Below the pieces are notes generated by a model. It did no database searches. It saw only the letters and a program-made list of their open reading frames with translations, and was not told the origin of the DNA. The position numbers and the translations under genes are program-made. From positions 42,169 through 106,168 of the forward strand of contig MCFE01000271.1 in assembly GCA_002104905.1 (NCBI GenBank): a stretch of DNA of 64,000 nucleotides. Reading direction: 5' to 3'. The DNA comes from Basidiobolus meristosporus CBS 931.73. Its lineage: Eukaryota; Fungi; Basidiobolomycota. Shown one piece after another: positions 36,870 through 51,061 of the stretch (positions within the stretch are counted from its first letter, which is position 1; every line of letters begins with the position of its first letter).

Positions 36870-38741
36870 GAGTTGTTTATAGCCTAATAATTACATCCCT
36901 CGATCCCGCTGCAAGATATTTTGATTTTTGATCACGAAGTATCATTTGTGTATACACCATGTATTAAGCGATTTTTCACATCCCGCATTTTGCATTGCCA
37001 TGCTATTTAATAATGTTGAGTAATCCTTGCTCCCCGAAGATCACTTGGATAATGGGCCAGTGGTTCATTCTAACTTGCAAGCCCTCCAGAAGGACACCTC
37101 AATACATTTCTTTTTGAAAGAGTTTATGATTCCCTTGGCATGTGTCGTCTGTGTTGGCAGCTCCACAGTACTTTCATTTCACGACAGGGCCAGACACGAA
37201 GGCACCTCCAACATTTGCTGCTCTTAGCAAAATGAGGTCATGTGGTTTTACCACTTGCAGATCTCTGACGATGGGCTTCGTCAGACATGCCGGGACACCC
37301 ACCATCTCCACGAAGTCAATAGATTTTGTTGATTGAGAGCACTGGCTTGTACTAGTGATAGCTAGTACGAAGTATCATGTTGACGTTGTCAGCTGTTGGA
37401 CAATCATTATCCACTGTGTGACCACACATCTAACATGTTTGAAACTTGATTGCACTAATGGCAATTATTCTTGTGACTCTGATAATTCATACATCTAACC
37501 AACCCAGTCACATTATCCTAGCATTCTACATACTATTGACAAAACCCGGCAACTGCGTAAAACACAAGACGCACTTGATAACTGATTTTCACCCAGCGAT
37601 GGCCGGCGTTCTGTTTTGTGCTTAGATTGATGATAAGTAACTATCCCGTGCTGAGCAAAACGTCGAGGTAACGCCCATACTACAGGTATTGAAAACCTTG
37701 ACCAGATGTCTTGCTTACCCCGAAACCTGAGCCAGCCATATGAAATTGTCTTGACATATAAGAATATTTGGATCCTCCATAGACATCTTGACAAGACTAT
37801 TTTCGAAAGCACTCACAGAAACGTATATATAGCATAACATATGCCCACCTTCTATCTCCATATGTTTGATACTGTATTACATATTTCGGGGGGGGGGAGA
37901 CTGTGGCAAGTAGTTTGACACGCTACATTGACAAACACAGCCAGTGCCTTCTGCGTGATGCAAAACGCAACTAATACATCTATACGAATGGGATTTATAC
38001 AAGAGATCAGATTTTAACCTATTTGGGATAAAAGAGCTGGCCAAATTGGCAACTCTACATATCTTTATCAAGGCTTCAAGTGAATCAGAATACCCATTAC
38101 AAGCTGATTCATTGTCAGCCCAACAAGGCCATAGTGGCGTGGACACCTTATGTACCAGCTGAGTGGCGGCCGTAGTCCCCAGTCGAGCATCTGGGGCGCC
38201 GAATTCAGCTGCTGGCCAAGCTCCCTTGCAAGTACACCAGGTATAAATCGGTACAAATACCTGATTGCTAGTATTGATCGAAAATTAGATTGCTTATTCA
38301 AGCATAGGCAATATTAAACGAAATAAACCACCCCCAAGTCGGGCCAATCACAAAGGCTTGCTAATGTATGATGAAGATGTCACAGCATACTCTATTCACC
38401 ACCCAGCCCATTTCTACCAATTGTTACTGATATGGTTGCAAGGATCTGGAAAAATTTGAAGTAGCATACCAAATATAGCATACAGTTAAACTCCCATGCA
38501 AGCTTTCTCCATAAATCATGTGCGACATGAGCCTTTACGAATGGTGACGGGTGCAACCCCTAGGCTCCTACCGCCACCATGGTAATATCCGATTTCTTAG
38601 TTACTCTACACCATCACAACACTACCAGCATAGCCTTACTCAACCATATCTACCCCTTGCCTGCTTCTTTATACGTTACGACTACCAGAGTCCAGTCTCT
38701 CTTCTCGATTTTTCAACAACACCTGCCTCTCAATAAATAGA

Positions 38742-39498
<757 letters not shown>

Positions 39499-39901
39499 AT
39501 ACTCGATCTAAAAAATATTATCTGACATTTGCGCTCCGCCTCCCACTCCCCCCTCTCTCACTCCATGCACTCTATTATGCTTTGATTATTAATGCCGACA
39601 CAGCATGTGGCGTATTAACAGTATTATTCGTCCAATATTCCAAAACATGAGTTGTTTCAAGAACCACTCGGTGTAGTATACGACATTGATTGCATACGTG
39701 ATATATTATCTCACAATTTTCATGGTGACAGGTCATCTGAGACGTAATCCCAAAAACTCGACAATGCAGCGGTTGCCTTATCTTGGGCACCATGTTGGGG
39801 ATGTTCAACGAATTACCTGGAGGATATACGAATGTTTAGAGCATTTTAATTTTAAAAGCTATTTGTTGCATCTTTTTCCATAGACATGCGCTTCATATGT
39901 C

Positions 39902-40673
39902 TCAGTAGCCTAGATACCAAATGCAATAGGATATGCTTAAGGGTACAGTCAAATTGTCTATACCAAACGGTGCTACCGCCTCAGCCAGAGTTCCGATTGA
40001 TGCTGATACCAGAGCACCACTTATTTTGGAGTTGAAGCGATTCACCGTAAGTAACTCCAAGGTATAGTACACCGCGACGAAAATCGCCACAAACGCTGCG
40101 AGACTTCCTTCGACTGTGCGAACCGAGTTTCCATATACGCGGTAATATCTTCGGCCGAAAGTTCGCCCAATATAATTCGCCAAAGAATCACCGAAAGCCA
40201 TTCCCATGATGCCACAGGTACCTATGTATGCATTACCTCTTGGGAATCCTCGTTCCCAACCTGAATGGAACGTGAGACATAGTAGGGTGCAAGAAATCAC
40301 GAAGTAAACCGTTCCTAGTGTAGAGTTACGTTTTGGATCGACGGATTTGAAGACTTGGAACCGTAGAAAAAGATAATTGAGGGGGATGAAAGTCATCATG
40401 GGTATACAAGCATATTGCCAATGGTCAAATATGAACAATTGAAAAAGAGGACAAAGGCCAGCTCCGACATGAACAACCTATGAAAGACAGCTTAGAAGAT
40501 TAGCGCAACTCGGATGAGACTTCGGTCGACAGCGAAATACCAACTTTTCTTGTAATATGTCTCGAGAAGGAATATTTCCATTTCAATATCTCCGCAGTGG
40601 CCAAAAGTACAGCACAGTAGCCATACACGTAAACAAGCCCTTGAACATCTTTGTCTGTGGGAGATGGGATCAT
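39902..40673 (-). CDS. Phytol/farnesol/dolichol-kinase-like CTP-dependent lipid kinase, 2 exons; start uncertain
   Basis: Spliced HITRK/VVHVGAG, then GTVYF, MAFGDSLANYIGRTFG, RTVEGSLA and AEAVAPFGIDNLTVP. Multi-pass hydrophobic protein. Confidence 0.85.
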
Positions 40674-43600
40674 TGCAAATAGGTGCCAGAACACTTGCAA
40701 GACATTCGGCTATTTTATGCTATATAAATTATAGGCAGAGATGATTGTACTAGGATACATGATTCTGGAAGGACCGTTATTTTTTAACGTGCAGAGGAAA
40801 TAGCGTCCCAGGAGCAATGCCTTTGCCACCAATAAAATGGCTGAATGGAAGCTTTGTTGACATGTATGTCGATTTAGACCCATATAGTCGCAACAGGGTT
40901 ACTTCAAGGAGGCTCAGAAAGAAGAGGATGGTGGGGTGTTTAAACCAATAGTGTCACATCCGTGATAAGGGACCAAATCAAAGCGGACTAATCCGGCTTT
41001 CATGCTGCACAAAAGCCATGCACATACTATAGTGGGGGAAATGAAATCGGGCTTGATAAGACATCGAATGGCTTAGCATTAGTTGATATACCTTCTTTCA
41101 TGTGCTGGATCAGTAGATTCGCTGCAAAAGCATGGGCCTACCATCTAGAAATCCAGGGACCAATACCTAGTCACCTTGCTTCACTGGAACTCTAAATCCA
41201 AGACAACATGAACGCAGTTTCGGAAATTCTAATTCCAACCAAAAGGCATTTGTTTGCCAGCTGGGATGTTGGCCATACCAATGATCCGATTTACACATTG
41301 TGTCGACCTCCTGAGATCTTGAGACTTGGATATTCGAAGTATTTCCCTAATCACTCATTCTGACTTGACAAGTGACTTCACATTATTGGCTGATAAATCG
41401 TGGATGCTACTAATCAACGTGCCCAGATACCCTAGGATGATATATGATTAGGAGTCGACTTATGCAGAGTTGCTGGGTCCTGATGGACCTTGGATTGTTG
41501 TTGGCTTTGTGTCTGACCCTCATATAGGTTGGTGGTATGAATAGCTAATGCAGATAATTACTAATTTGAGTAAGTTTGAGGGTCGCTTAGTTCTATTTAT
41601 ACTTTCGAGTAAAATATACCATGTCAGCAATTTCCATCTATCCGACATGACACATCCCTTCCCATTACTGACACCCATTTGTTCAGAGAATAGTATATAT
41701 AAGTGGGTTGAAGACTAGTTCTAGATATCATCTGAATGTAATATGTAGTTTGGTTTATGCCACCTCAATGGTATTCGTGCATGAGGTGATATTGGCATAT
41801 TTGGGCATGTATTGTATTGATAATGAATGGTTTCTCGATAGCATGAATGTGACCAAGTGATTGTGTTTCCTCTCCAACTTCGACCCTGCTATATGCCAGA
41901 ATCTGTTTGTTGGGTCTAAATCAGAGAGAATGTGTTGGAAAAAGCCATTCCCTTTGACTGTGATACGCAGCTCTCCTTTATCGTTTTCAATCAGGATTGA
42001 TTGCCTCTTCTCTTTAACTTGAATCCATCACTCCTAGATCGATATGCTAAATTCGTTGCTGTATCCGAAATACCCCTCCGAGCCAACGAAAGGTCTGATT
42101 GCTCTCTGACTCTTGGGCTAATACACTTCATCAGGAGTAGCTATGGGTCACCCTATTTACATGACTACGAGTTCGGCAAGATTGGCATTACTGATATATG
42201 GTTATGCTACTGACTGGTTTAACTTGATTTCCCTGCTTTATCTTATGAAACCATTGACCCAAAATGCATTGTTTTGGGTCTTACTAAATCAAGATCCTAA
42301 CCGGACTGTCCCCAGACTTAGTATGGTGATCGATAGATCTGCGTCCAAAGCCGAAAATTCGGTTCAGCCAATCCGTTTAGGAGAACTGTATCCCATACGG
42401 GATTGTATTAGGGCTATGGGTGCTAGTTATACAATGACTTTTGATTCAGAGCTAATGAAAGTGAAGCGACTATTAAGGCAACAGTAAATTACCTTCACAC
42501 CTGGCCTTATAGGCCATGGAGCTGTATATATGCGCGGCAATGGCTCATCCTTGTTTCCTGCAAACGGATAAGCTTCATGCACGGTATCAGCTATTTATTT
42601 CTATGCCAGCTATAATCGGCATTCTCTACCAGTAGAGGCTTTGAGGAGAATACTAGAAACATAGGCGTGATTAGCCTTGGATTATTTGAATCAGCGCGTA
42701 TCATGGCTGAATTCATGTGTGTATTTTAGGACGTCGGGGAATTTGCCAAGGTATGGGATTCCGCTGGCAAATTATAATGATATACGTCGCTGGTATATTC
42801 ATCGTCAAAACATATCATTGCATATTCAACAAGACTCACATTAGTGACTAAGCGCTGATATCGGATTGCTATTGGGTCCATTAATGAGTAGTTAGACTTT
42901 TGAGGCTACGACATTGGAAATTAATCAATTCGGTTGGGGTATATCATCACCAATAGCTATTCGGATATCAAACATCATAAGGTCTAATGAAATTGTAACT
43001 TCCTGCGATTCATGCATACCATGCGCGACGATCCCCTTTGGCTACTCTTGCATACATTTCCTTCCAGTTGGGTTAGTGTACTTCAGGGTTTTCCGGTAGG
43101 GCGCTAGTCCAGCGAGTTAATGAAACGTGCAGAGCGGCCGTATAATACAGGAATACTCAGTAATGGCCAATATTGGCCGAAATGGCGGAATTTGCTACGT
43201 GCACTTCATTTTACGACAAGAGGGCTTACTAGTTTATTAGCATTCTCTAACAGCCCAGTAAGGAAATAATTTGGCCCCACAGCCTAGTATTTTCAGCTTC
43301 TCTCTCAATCCCGCCTCATCCGTCAACTGTCTCGTAAATGCACTTCGGGATAAAGGTATAATCAAATGAGCTAGCTTATGCATGGCAAGGGATCATTTCA
43401 GGTCGAAGCTCATAAAAGATTAGCGATTCGTTATGAATTGGGTTTTCCACTGGGCAGTCACTCCAATAGGTCAACCACATGCCTGCCGAGCATATATTTA
43501 TTCGCATTATAATAAGCTGATTATATTTGTTCCCAGTTATATATCCAAAATGGTCCATGCTTGGAACGGGTTTGTCCTAAGCAGATGATGGTTCAACGGA

Positions 43601-44736
43601 AGCGGATTATCACACCAATCCAATGGAAGCATAATATATGCAGGCTCGTACAATCGGATCGGAATCACGGTGAACGCTGGTTCCACCACATAATTCGGAA
43701 CAACTATTCTGTCATAAGGGGTGCCCGCGTTGATTGATGATGAGTTGCCTCTATAAATACAATAGAGATTGGCTATTGTGGTCAGCCCACCTATGATATG
43801 AGAATTTGGTACTTCCCCACTGTTTAGAATTCTCCATGGCCCGGATCCTTCTCCGTGATGTTTGGATTGGCGAGCTGGAGGCCGCCTACATTCCTTAATA
43901 GCGACATGCTATATAGAAATGCCCTTTGGCTACACGCTCAGCTAAGGAGCGAGCCTGGACTTGACAGCTTTGTCCGAACAATAGTGATATACATGGGTGA
44001 CCATTTTAGCCGAATGCACTCTGATCCACAGTCTGCTTTCCATACTAAAGAATATCACCAAGGTGAAACTGCAGCACTGCTGTATGACTATCTCACTCAT
44101 ACGGAATAACTGTTCTGAGTAGAGGCCGAATGGCCACGATGGAAGCGATATAAATTGCAATCTATTTTTAAATGAATTTCCACAGTCCTTATGAAATTTA
44201 TTGAGTCCATCATTTTAAAAGGAATCCATGGTTTTCACAAACCGTTTCATTGGTTGCCTCAATGATTCAGCGGAATTGTCAAACCTAGATTCAATGGCAT
44301 TCTGTGCCCTGAGGAATTTTCATAACCCATATATCCATGTGACAATATTCAAATCACCTCCCTTTCATGTATACATCCTCAATAGAAATGGCCATTCGAT
44401 TGGCTTGAGCATGTTTGGTTCCGACTGTATCGAAACGTACTTCATGGCCACATAAAAAATCCGAGTGTCAACGCTACAGAAAATCCATACAACCCTCAGC
44501 CATGATGACTAATTCTGATTTGATAAAACCCATTGATCTAAAGCACTCCGTAGACTGCTTTCATTTCCCTTGATATGGGTGTTAATTTAAAACCGGTGGC
44601 AGTTACAAAAATAGATTTAGATTTATTTGTGCAGTCGACCTTGGATATAAAAGTCTGGCCAACCTGCCCCCATTCAGCATCATATTTCTCCTCAGAATTA
44701 TTTTCCAAGCAATTTCGATTTGTCATCCTCAGAATC

Positions 44737-46038
44737 ATGACCAGTATATGTCAAGATATTCCGAGTAATTTCACGGACCCCTTTAGCCTAAAATCGTATG
44801 GAGATCGCACCACTTTAGATTCGGAAGTGGTTTCAAAGTCCTCTTTAAGGAGATTCTCATCCACTTTTACCCCAAGGGGTCATCAAAGAAGTTACAATCG
44901 TAGACATTCTTGTAATTCCCCTTTTGGTAATCCCAATTCTTCCCAATCTTTGTACGGGCCACTTCCACTTCCTACCCCTTCATCATTCTCTACTCCCCTT
45001 TGCTCTGATCCGATTCCTGTCGAGTACCACGGGCTTGAGAATTTTACTTATGGTACACCGGAGCCTACTGAAAAATCTGAAAGCTCTGATTCACAATCAG
45101 AAAGCCAAGACGCTGGCAACCTTCAACCCACGCCTGCCGAAGACACAACTGTCACCAGTGACAAATACCCAACATGGCCCACACCACCCCGCACCCCTAC
45201 TCCTCGGGAAGTCCTATTCAGCATCGGTTCGTATAATGTGCTGGAGCTACTTGGAACCGGGTCGTTCTCCAAAGTTTACCTCGCTGAGGATACCCGAGGT
45301 ACAGACCACCTCGTGGCAATCAAAATGATAGAGAAGGCCTCCGGGATGCACGGTAGAAGGTTAAGAGCACTTGTCAACCAGGAAATCGAATTTCTTACTA
45401 TGGTGGACCATCCAAATATTGTCGCGTATTACGAGACACTGCACACTGAATCACACGTATGCCTTGTGTTAGAATACGTGAATGGTGCCGAACTATACGA
45501 ATACGTTGCTAATGATAATTCATTACTCTCTGATGAACGAAGAATCCAGGAGGTATTCTCCCAGTTGGTATGCGCGGTTGAACATCTACATGATCGCAAC
45601 ATCTGCCACAGGGATATCAAGTTGGAAAACGTGCTAATTCAAAACTCAGATGTTGGCAACTTCACAGTCAAGCTATCGGATCTTGGGCTTGCTGAGTATG
45701 CGTCTAATATCTCCTATCTATCCTCCCGTTGCGGCACCGACGAATATTGCGCTCCGGAGATCCTCTTAGGTCAGTCAAATGACGGCATCAAAGCAGATAT
45801 TTGGTCGCTCGGAGTCATTCTGTATACAATGATTGCCAAACACCTTCCATTCAATCTTGAACCCAATGAATCGCGCCGAAGTTTCTATGCTCGTGTTAAT
45901 AGAGCTGAGTATGAGTTCCCCTCTTCGGCGACCGAGGGGGCTCGGGATCTTATTTCCAAGGTTTTGCAGAGCAATCCTAGCAAGCGGGCCTCCATCAATG
46001 ATATTAAGCAACATCCATGGCTTCAGCATTTTTTTTAA
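44737..46038 (+). CDS. Ser/Thr protein kinase, CAMK-like (Prr1/Nnk1-like RCG(S/T)xxY activation segment), intronless
   Basis: LGTGSFSKVY, VAIK, HRDIKLEN, DLG in place of DFG, RCGTDEYCAPE and DIWSLGV. Ser/Pro-rich N-terminus. Confidence 0.9.
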   Translation: MTSICQDIPSNFTDPFSLKSYGDRTTLDSEVVSKSSLRRFSSTFTPRGHQRSYNRRHSCNSPFGNPNSSQSLYGPLPLPTPSSFSTPLCSDPIPVEYHGLENFTYGTPEPTEKSESSDSQSESQDAGNLQPTPAEDTTVTSDKYPTWPTPPRTPTPREVLFSIGSYNVLELLGTGSFSKVYLAEDTRGTDHLVAIKMIEKASGMHGRRLRALVNQEIEFLTMVDHPNIVAYYETLHTESHVCLVLEYVNGAELYEYVANDNSLLSDERRIQEVFSQLVCAVEHLHDRNICHRDIKLENVLIQNSDVGNFTVKLSDLGLAEYASNISYLSSRCGTDEYCAPEILLGQSNDGIKADIWSLGVILYTMIAKHLPFNLEPNESRRSFYARVNRAEYEFPSSATEGARDLISKVLQSNPSKRASINDIKQHPWLQHFF

Positions 46039-48166
46039 CCAATAGAGAAGTTCGCACCCACCCTTAGGATTGCGCAGCTTGTACATACAGCCCTATTACC
46101 AGTATATACCCGCCTCCACTACTTGAAAGATGAAGACGTGAGTGTGTACCCGCAATCCTCATAATTTGTAATGATAATGTAGGCCCGTTTCTCCATAGAC
46201 AATACTGGCGACCCATCTCAACCCGATATATTTCAAATACACATTCCCCTTGTATCCTCCAACTGAAACCTTTCGCAGTACTTGATTGTGCCACCCTAAT
46301 TTATTTATCAACATCTTTCTGGCTTGTACCAAATATACAACTATATCAAGCTATCCATATCCTTAATAATAAAAGGTTGACCCTCTATTGAATACACCGC
46401 TTGTCTTGTTAGTTTCAAAATCATACCCTTGACATGCCCATACAATGGCTGGCCTCAAGGAGACTTTGTCACCATAAATTCGATATGGTAAGCCCCAAAT
46501 CTAGCATACCGCAGATTGCTCTCCAAAACGGGTAAGGGCGCCGATCACAGGGTCATTGCGGTATGCGTAGCATTCACAAATCTACAAACGATATACCACC
46601 ATCGATTCTCATTAGATCACTACATTGGGCATTGATAACAGGAAATTACAATTTGATACTCCAGGGTCACGATTATGTAATCTGTGAGTCTTACTCATGG
46701 TGTAACGATGGGGTTGACTGATATCGATATGGAATTATCGGATGCCGATCTCCATTACTACCGAGTCCGTGGCTCAGCCAACCTCACGAATGCTTCACTG
46801 AAAGTCATTCGTGAGTTGCGGATTCCCCCAACTGTACACGAACTTTCCCGGTTTATGTGTCATATTGCTCCGTTTTTCCGTCACAACTTCCAATTATGCG
46901 TTGTTGGGGATATTCAGTAAACCTGGGATTTCTAAAGGTCCCGATTTTCTGCAAAACCCTGAAGCCAGCAGAGCAGAATCCCCGAAGTCACATTACTTTG
47001 AAAAGGATCATTGGTACATCGGGACTCATACCACTGGAGTGGTAGAGAACCGCGAATCAATCAGCATAGGATATCATACATACTCAATTCTTGCCTACAG
47101 AATAAATGGCTATCTAGGACTACATCCATTGTTCTTTCTCTTATACAATCTTGCAACTGCACTCCGAGCTTCACTATAACTGTAGATTGCTTGCTCGGTT
47201 GTTAACAGTGAATATAGCTCATGAATCTCTTGTTTCATAAACGATCCAAAATTTACATGAGACCATCCAAGTAGAGTAATTGGTGTTGAACTTTTCCCAT
47301 TAACGATGGTAAATGCTAATACCTGTCAACAATGCCTTTCTATTGCAATCCTAATTGAATGATGTATATGTGTATTAAGGCACAGTATTGACCATTGCGA
47401 GATGGCAGGCAATCTGTATATACTCGAGCCAATTGCTTAATTTGAATAGACCTGAATAGTCAAGGATCATCGTACTCTGCTGGGACCATGTTCTAGTTAA
47501 TGTCACGCTAATACCCTGGATCCATATTATTGCCGGTAACTCTTGATAAATTTGCATATGTCATCTTGAAGAATGGGACAATCCCTACTACCAAGCTGAC
47601 CCAAAACGCACATATGTTTCCGAAATCTCTGTATTTGAAATACGATCAGGTGAGCCAGGTTTTTTTTGACATGACTCGAAGTGTGTTCATGGTAGATGAA
47701 TCAATGGAGCTCCTGATCATTCTGATGTAATAGGGCTCTGGATGCATCAAACCCAATTTCTACTTGGACTTGCTACGCTAAGCATCATCTGACCAAACAT
47801 CCCTCTGGTGACGTATTCCTGATTAGAATGCTTTGTTTCAACTTGGTGGTAATCCAATGGGTGTGGTCAGTTGGAAGTAGACTCTGGCGTGATTGAATGT
47901 AAATTGGAAGAAATTGGATTCTCATCTGTGGACTTGTTGTGTTAATGGCTTAATCAACACTTTCTGCTGAATATTGCAAAAGAGTTAGTACACCGCGCCC
48001 GGAGAGGTCATCGGACACGCCCAAAGCTCAGGAACTTTTGGATGACATCAAGGATACAATTCCCTCTTCGTATATCTAATTTTCTAAACAATAAATTGAG
48101 TCAAAATAGAGTATTTATACTAAATTAATGGTATAATGCAGCTATAGCCTGAATTGATGTTGAAGA

Positions 48167-48513
48167 TGCTGTAAATTTCGTAATTACACCTAAACATTCA
48201 CTTGACTTGGTCGCTTAGATCACGGTCTACAATTCTTAAAATATTCTGCCAAAATTCTTTGTTGGGATTTACTTGGAATATCTCACCAAAACATCAGGCA
48301 CCCAGGATATGAAAAATCTTCAAGTTGTCCAAAGAGCCCCAAACTTTGCACACATGCTCTTGGGATCTTCCTGCGCATATTCGAAGTGATTGCTCTGCCA
48401 AGACCATGTAGAAGTGTATATACCACTTTTACATTCAATAGATCATTAAGTGAAAACCACTTAATCTACTTGCTCTTCCAATCAGTTCCAATATCTCCCA
48501 AACTGTTACCACA
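48167..48513 (+). mobile_element. Solo LTR, family X, diverged copy
   Basis: TGCTGTAA...TTACCACA ends with a 5-bp target-site duplication GAAGA. Alignable along its length to 60823-61173. Confidence 0.85.
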
Positions 48514-49123
48514 GAAGATTCAAGTAAATAGCTATCTATGAGTTGACGCTATACTAGTAGCCTAAGTACTGGCAAATTACAATAGAAAGCTCTTGGAGGC
48601 TCTGTTTGAAGGAGATAGCAATCTTCCAATATGGAATAACTGTTAACTCTCCTGAATTTAGCATGTTTATCAATTCCTACAAAGCTCTCAAGCTTGTAGG
48701 AGAGCATTGCAAAACTGTTGGTCAGAACAAATCAAGCACTAGAAAGCAATACTCACTGTTTTGGAATATTTGAGCAAATTTGGCAAGTAGTAGCAATATT
48801 GCTTAAGCTATATGCTCTCCATATATTATTGAGGAAAGTCAAGTGATCTCACTCTCCAGATCACATCCAATATATTTGAGATTCTCTTAGCAGAGAACCT
48901 CTGATATGGTAAGCTAGAGTCACAGAACTGCAATACCATTTGTGTTAAACTATTAAATCAATGAGAAATTTATCAAATCATGTGTCCAATTTCAATTGCA
49001 TATTGTTCATTATACAAATTAGATTGGCACATGGTACTTATAGCTATGTATGTTGTCTTGTGGGGAGCAGGCTTCCATGAGACAGGAGATAGCCATTAGA
49101 CTGATTAGCACTGGGGAGGGTAC

Positions 49124-49455
49124 TGTTGTAAGAGTCTTGGAGATATTGGAAGTGATTGGGAGAACAAGTAGATTATGTGGTTTTCACTTAATGATTTATT
49201 GAATGTAAAAGTAGTATTTATACTTTTACCTGATCTTGGCATTACAAACACGTAGAATAGGTTAAGGAAGGTCCCAAGAACATGTGTGCAAAGTTTGGGG
49301 CTGTCTGGACAACTTTGAGAATTTTCATGTTCTGGGTAAATATTCTAAGTAAATCCCGACAAGGAATTTGGTCAGTATTCTCTAGGATTTGAAGGTAATG
49401 ATCTAAGTGACTAAGTTAGGTGAATATTTAGGTGGAAATACGAATTTTTACAACA
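49124..49455 (-). mobile_element. Solo LTR, family X, young copy
   Basis: TGTTGTAA...TTACAACA ends with TSD GGTAC (49119-49123 and 49456-49460). Near-identical reverse complement of 60823-61173 apart from a ~19-bp deletion. Confidence 0.92.
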
Positions 49456-49739
49456 GGTACAAGTTTATTTCATAGGAACTTGAATTGGGTTGTTGTAGTC
49501 TATTCCTATGGTTGGTATATATATATAAATTTCTAGCCATATACACTATGAAACCATTCTATGCTTAGGAAATCCAATGAATTGCTGACACCGATCTGAT
49601 CATCAAATGAAGCTTTAATGCTGGTGTCTACGAATGTCAGTCTAGGATCAAGAAACATAAGCGCGTATTGCGGCATTCTTCATACAATTGCAACATCAAC
49701 AGACTTTATTGAGAAAAGGCAGAAAGCTATGTGAGTCAT

Positions 49740-50475
49740 CTAACCCAAAAGACTCTCAATGTCCTTCTCCATATCTTCTGGCTTAGTGAGAGAGGAATAA
49801 CGCTGGAAAACGTTTCCATTTCTATCGATCAAGAATTTCTCGAAGTTCCACTTGATACGAGTGAGGCCAAGGATTCCTGGCTTCTCACTTTTGAGGAACT
49901 TGTAGACTGGATGTACGTTGTCTCCGTTAACCTCACTACGAAAGAAAAACAACAACGACTGGGGTTATTTGGGGGAAGTTCGGGCACTCCACCAAAAGCA
50001 ACTTACATCTTCTCCATAAGTGGGAAAGTTACCCCGAAATTGAGCTCGCAAAAGCTGGAAATCTCTATGGCAAAGGGCGATAGTTAGAAGATGTCTATTT
50101 CAACACCACACACCTGACACCCACCTTCTTCGGTTCCGGGCTCTTGCCCTCCAAATCTATGTGTAGACCGTTAGTGTTTGAAAGAGAAGACCAGTAATTC
50201 CGAGCCACTTACTGGTTGCAGGGAAAGCCGAGAATCACAAAGCCGCGCTCCTCATATTTCTTATACACCGCCTCGAGGGCTTTGTACTGAGGAGTGAAAC
50301 CACATTTGGAGGCTACGTTTACCACAAGTACAACCTGTTGGAGATGCACGAGTTGGAATAGGGAACCACATCAAAGATAAACGATCGCAAATACCTTGCC
50401 CTTATAAATGGAAAAGTCGACTTCCTGGTGCTTCTTGTCGTTGGCTTTCAGGTCGAAAAAGGATTGAGCAGACAT
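49740..50475 (-). CDS. GPX: Cys-type glutathione peroxidase / thioredoxin peroxidase (Gpx/Hyr1-like), 5 exons
   Basis: Spliced [17 protein letters not shown] (peroxidatic Cys encoded by TGT, not Sec), [24 protein letters not shown] and [14 protein letters not shown]. An upstream in-frame ATG lies at 50589. Confidence 0.95.
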
Positions 50476-51061
50476 AGTAGAGTAAAGGCTTCGGCTCGAG
50501 CTGAAGTTCAATTTAACTGAAGTTTTCGGGAGGCCATCAAATAGAATTCGACGTACACCTGGTAAGCACATGAAAATCTTGTACGTCATTTGGATTGAAG
50601 TTCGTCTAGATCGAAGTTTGCTTGATGGACACCATCAGATATCAGAGAATAAATACCATTGACACCGAGATCCCTGCTGTGACATGTGACAAAAAGAGAT
50701 GACGTTCGGCCTCCTACCAATCTAGTTTGCACGCAGTTCTGGGTTTTGGAAGCGTTTTGGAGGGAACTGTCCAGGCATCTGTGATGGCCATTCTTCAGGC
50801 GCAACGCTTCAGCCGACAACATAGTAAATGCAGTGAGATTTGCCGCACTACTATTCGACAGCGATGGAGATCAGACTTTTTCACAGGGTTGTTGGATTTG
50901 GAGATGGCTGCATTAATCATGGCAGGCTAATGGGAACAATCCATGGAGATTTCATGGGAAACGATGCACGAATTTTCCTGATTTACCAATGCCGAATGTA
51001 TCCGTATAAAACATTTTCGTGGAATGATCACTCTATCGTGGCGGGTTGAATAAGACAAACG

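Noticed and set aside
37888-37907. G10-AGACTGT, plus similar G/C runs at ~9985, ~53920 and ~56438, resembling the array's G-run-AGACAGT junction
   Set aside because: The match is limited to a homopolymer plus about 5 bases. There is no stem-loop or AAATCTTTATTT motif.
41900-44500. Short ORFs (42143-42487, 43855-44109) that might be gene relics
   Set aside because: No recognisable motifs or consistent splice structure.
46500-47900. Cluster of short overlapping ORFs suggesting a frameshifted pseudogene
   Set aside because: I could not assign any family, so I cannot support it.
48167-49455. Apparent 1.3-kb MITE with ~340-bp terminal inverted repeats
   Set aside because: Each arm has its own TG...CA ends and its own 5-bp TSD, and the arms differ in age. 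They are two independent solo LTRs in opposite orientation.
50290-50320. Possible selenocysteine GPx
   Set aside because: The catalytic codon is TGT (Cys), in VASKCGFT.
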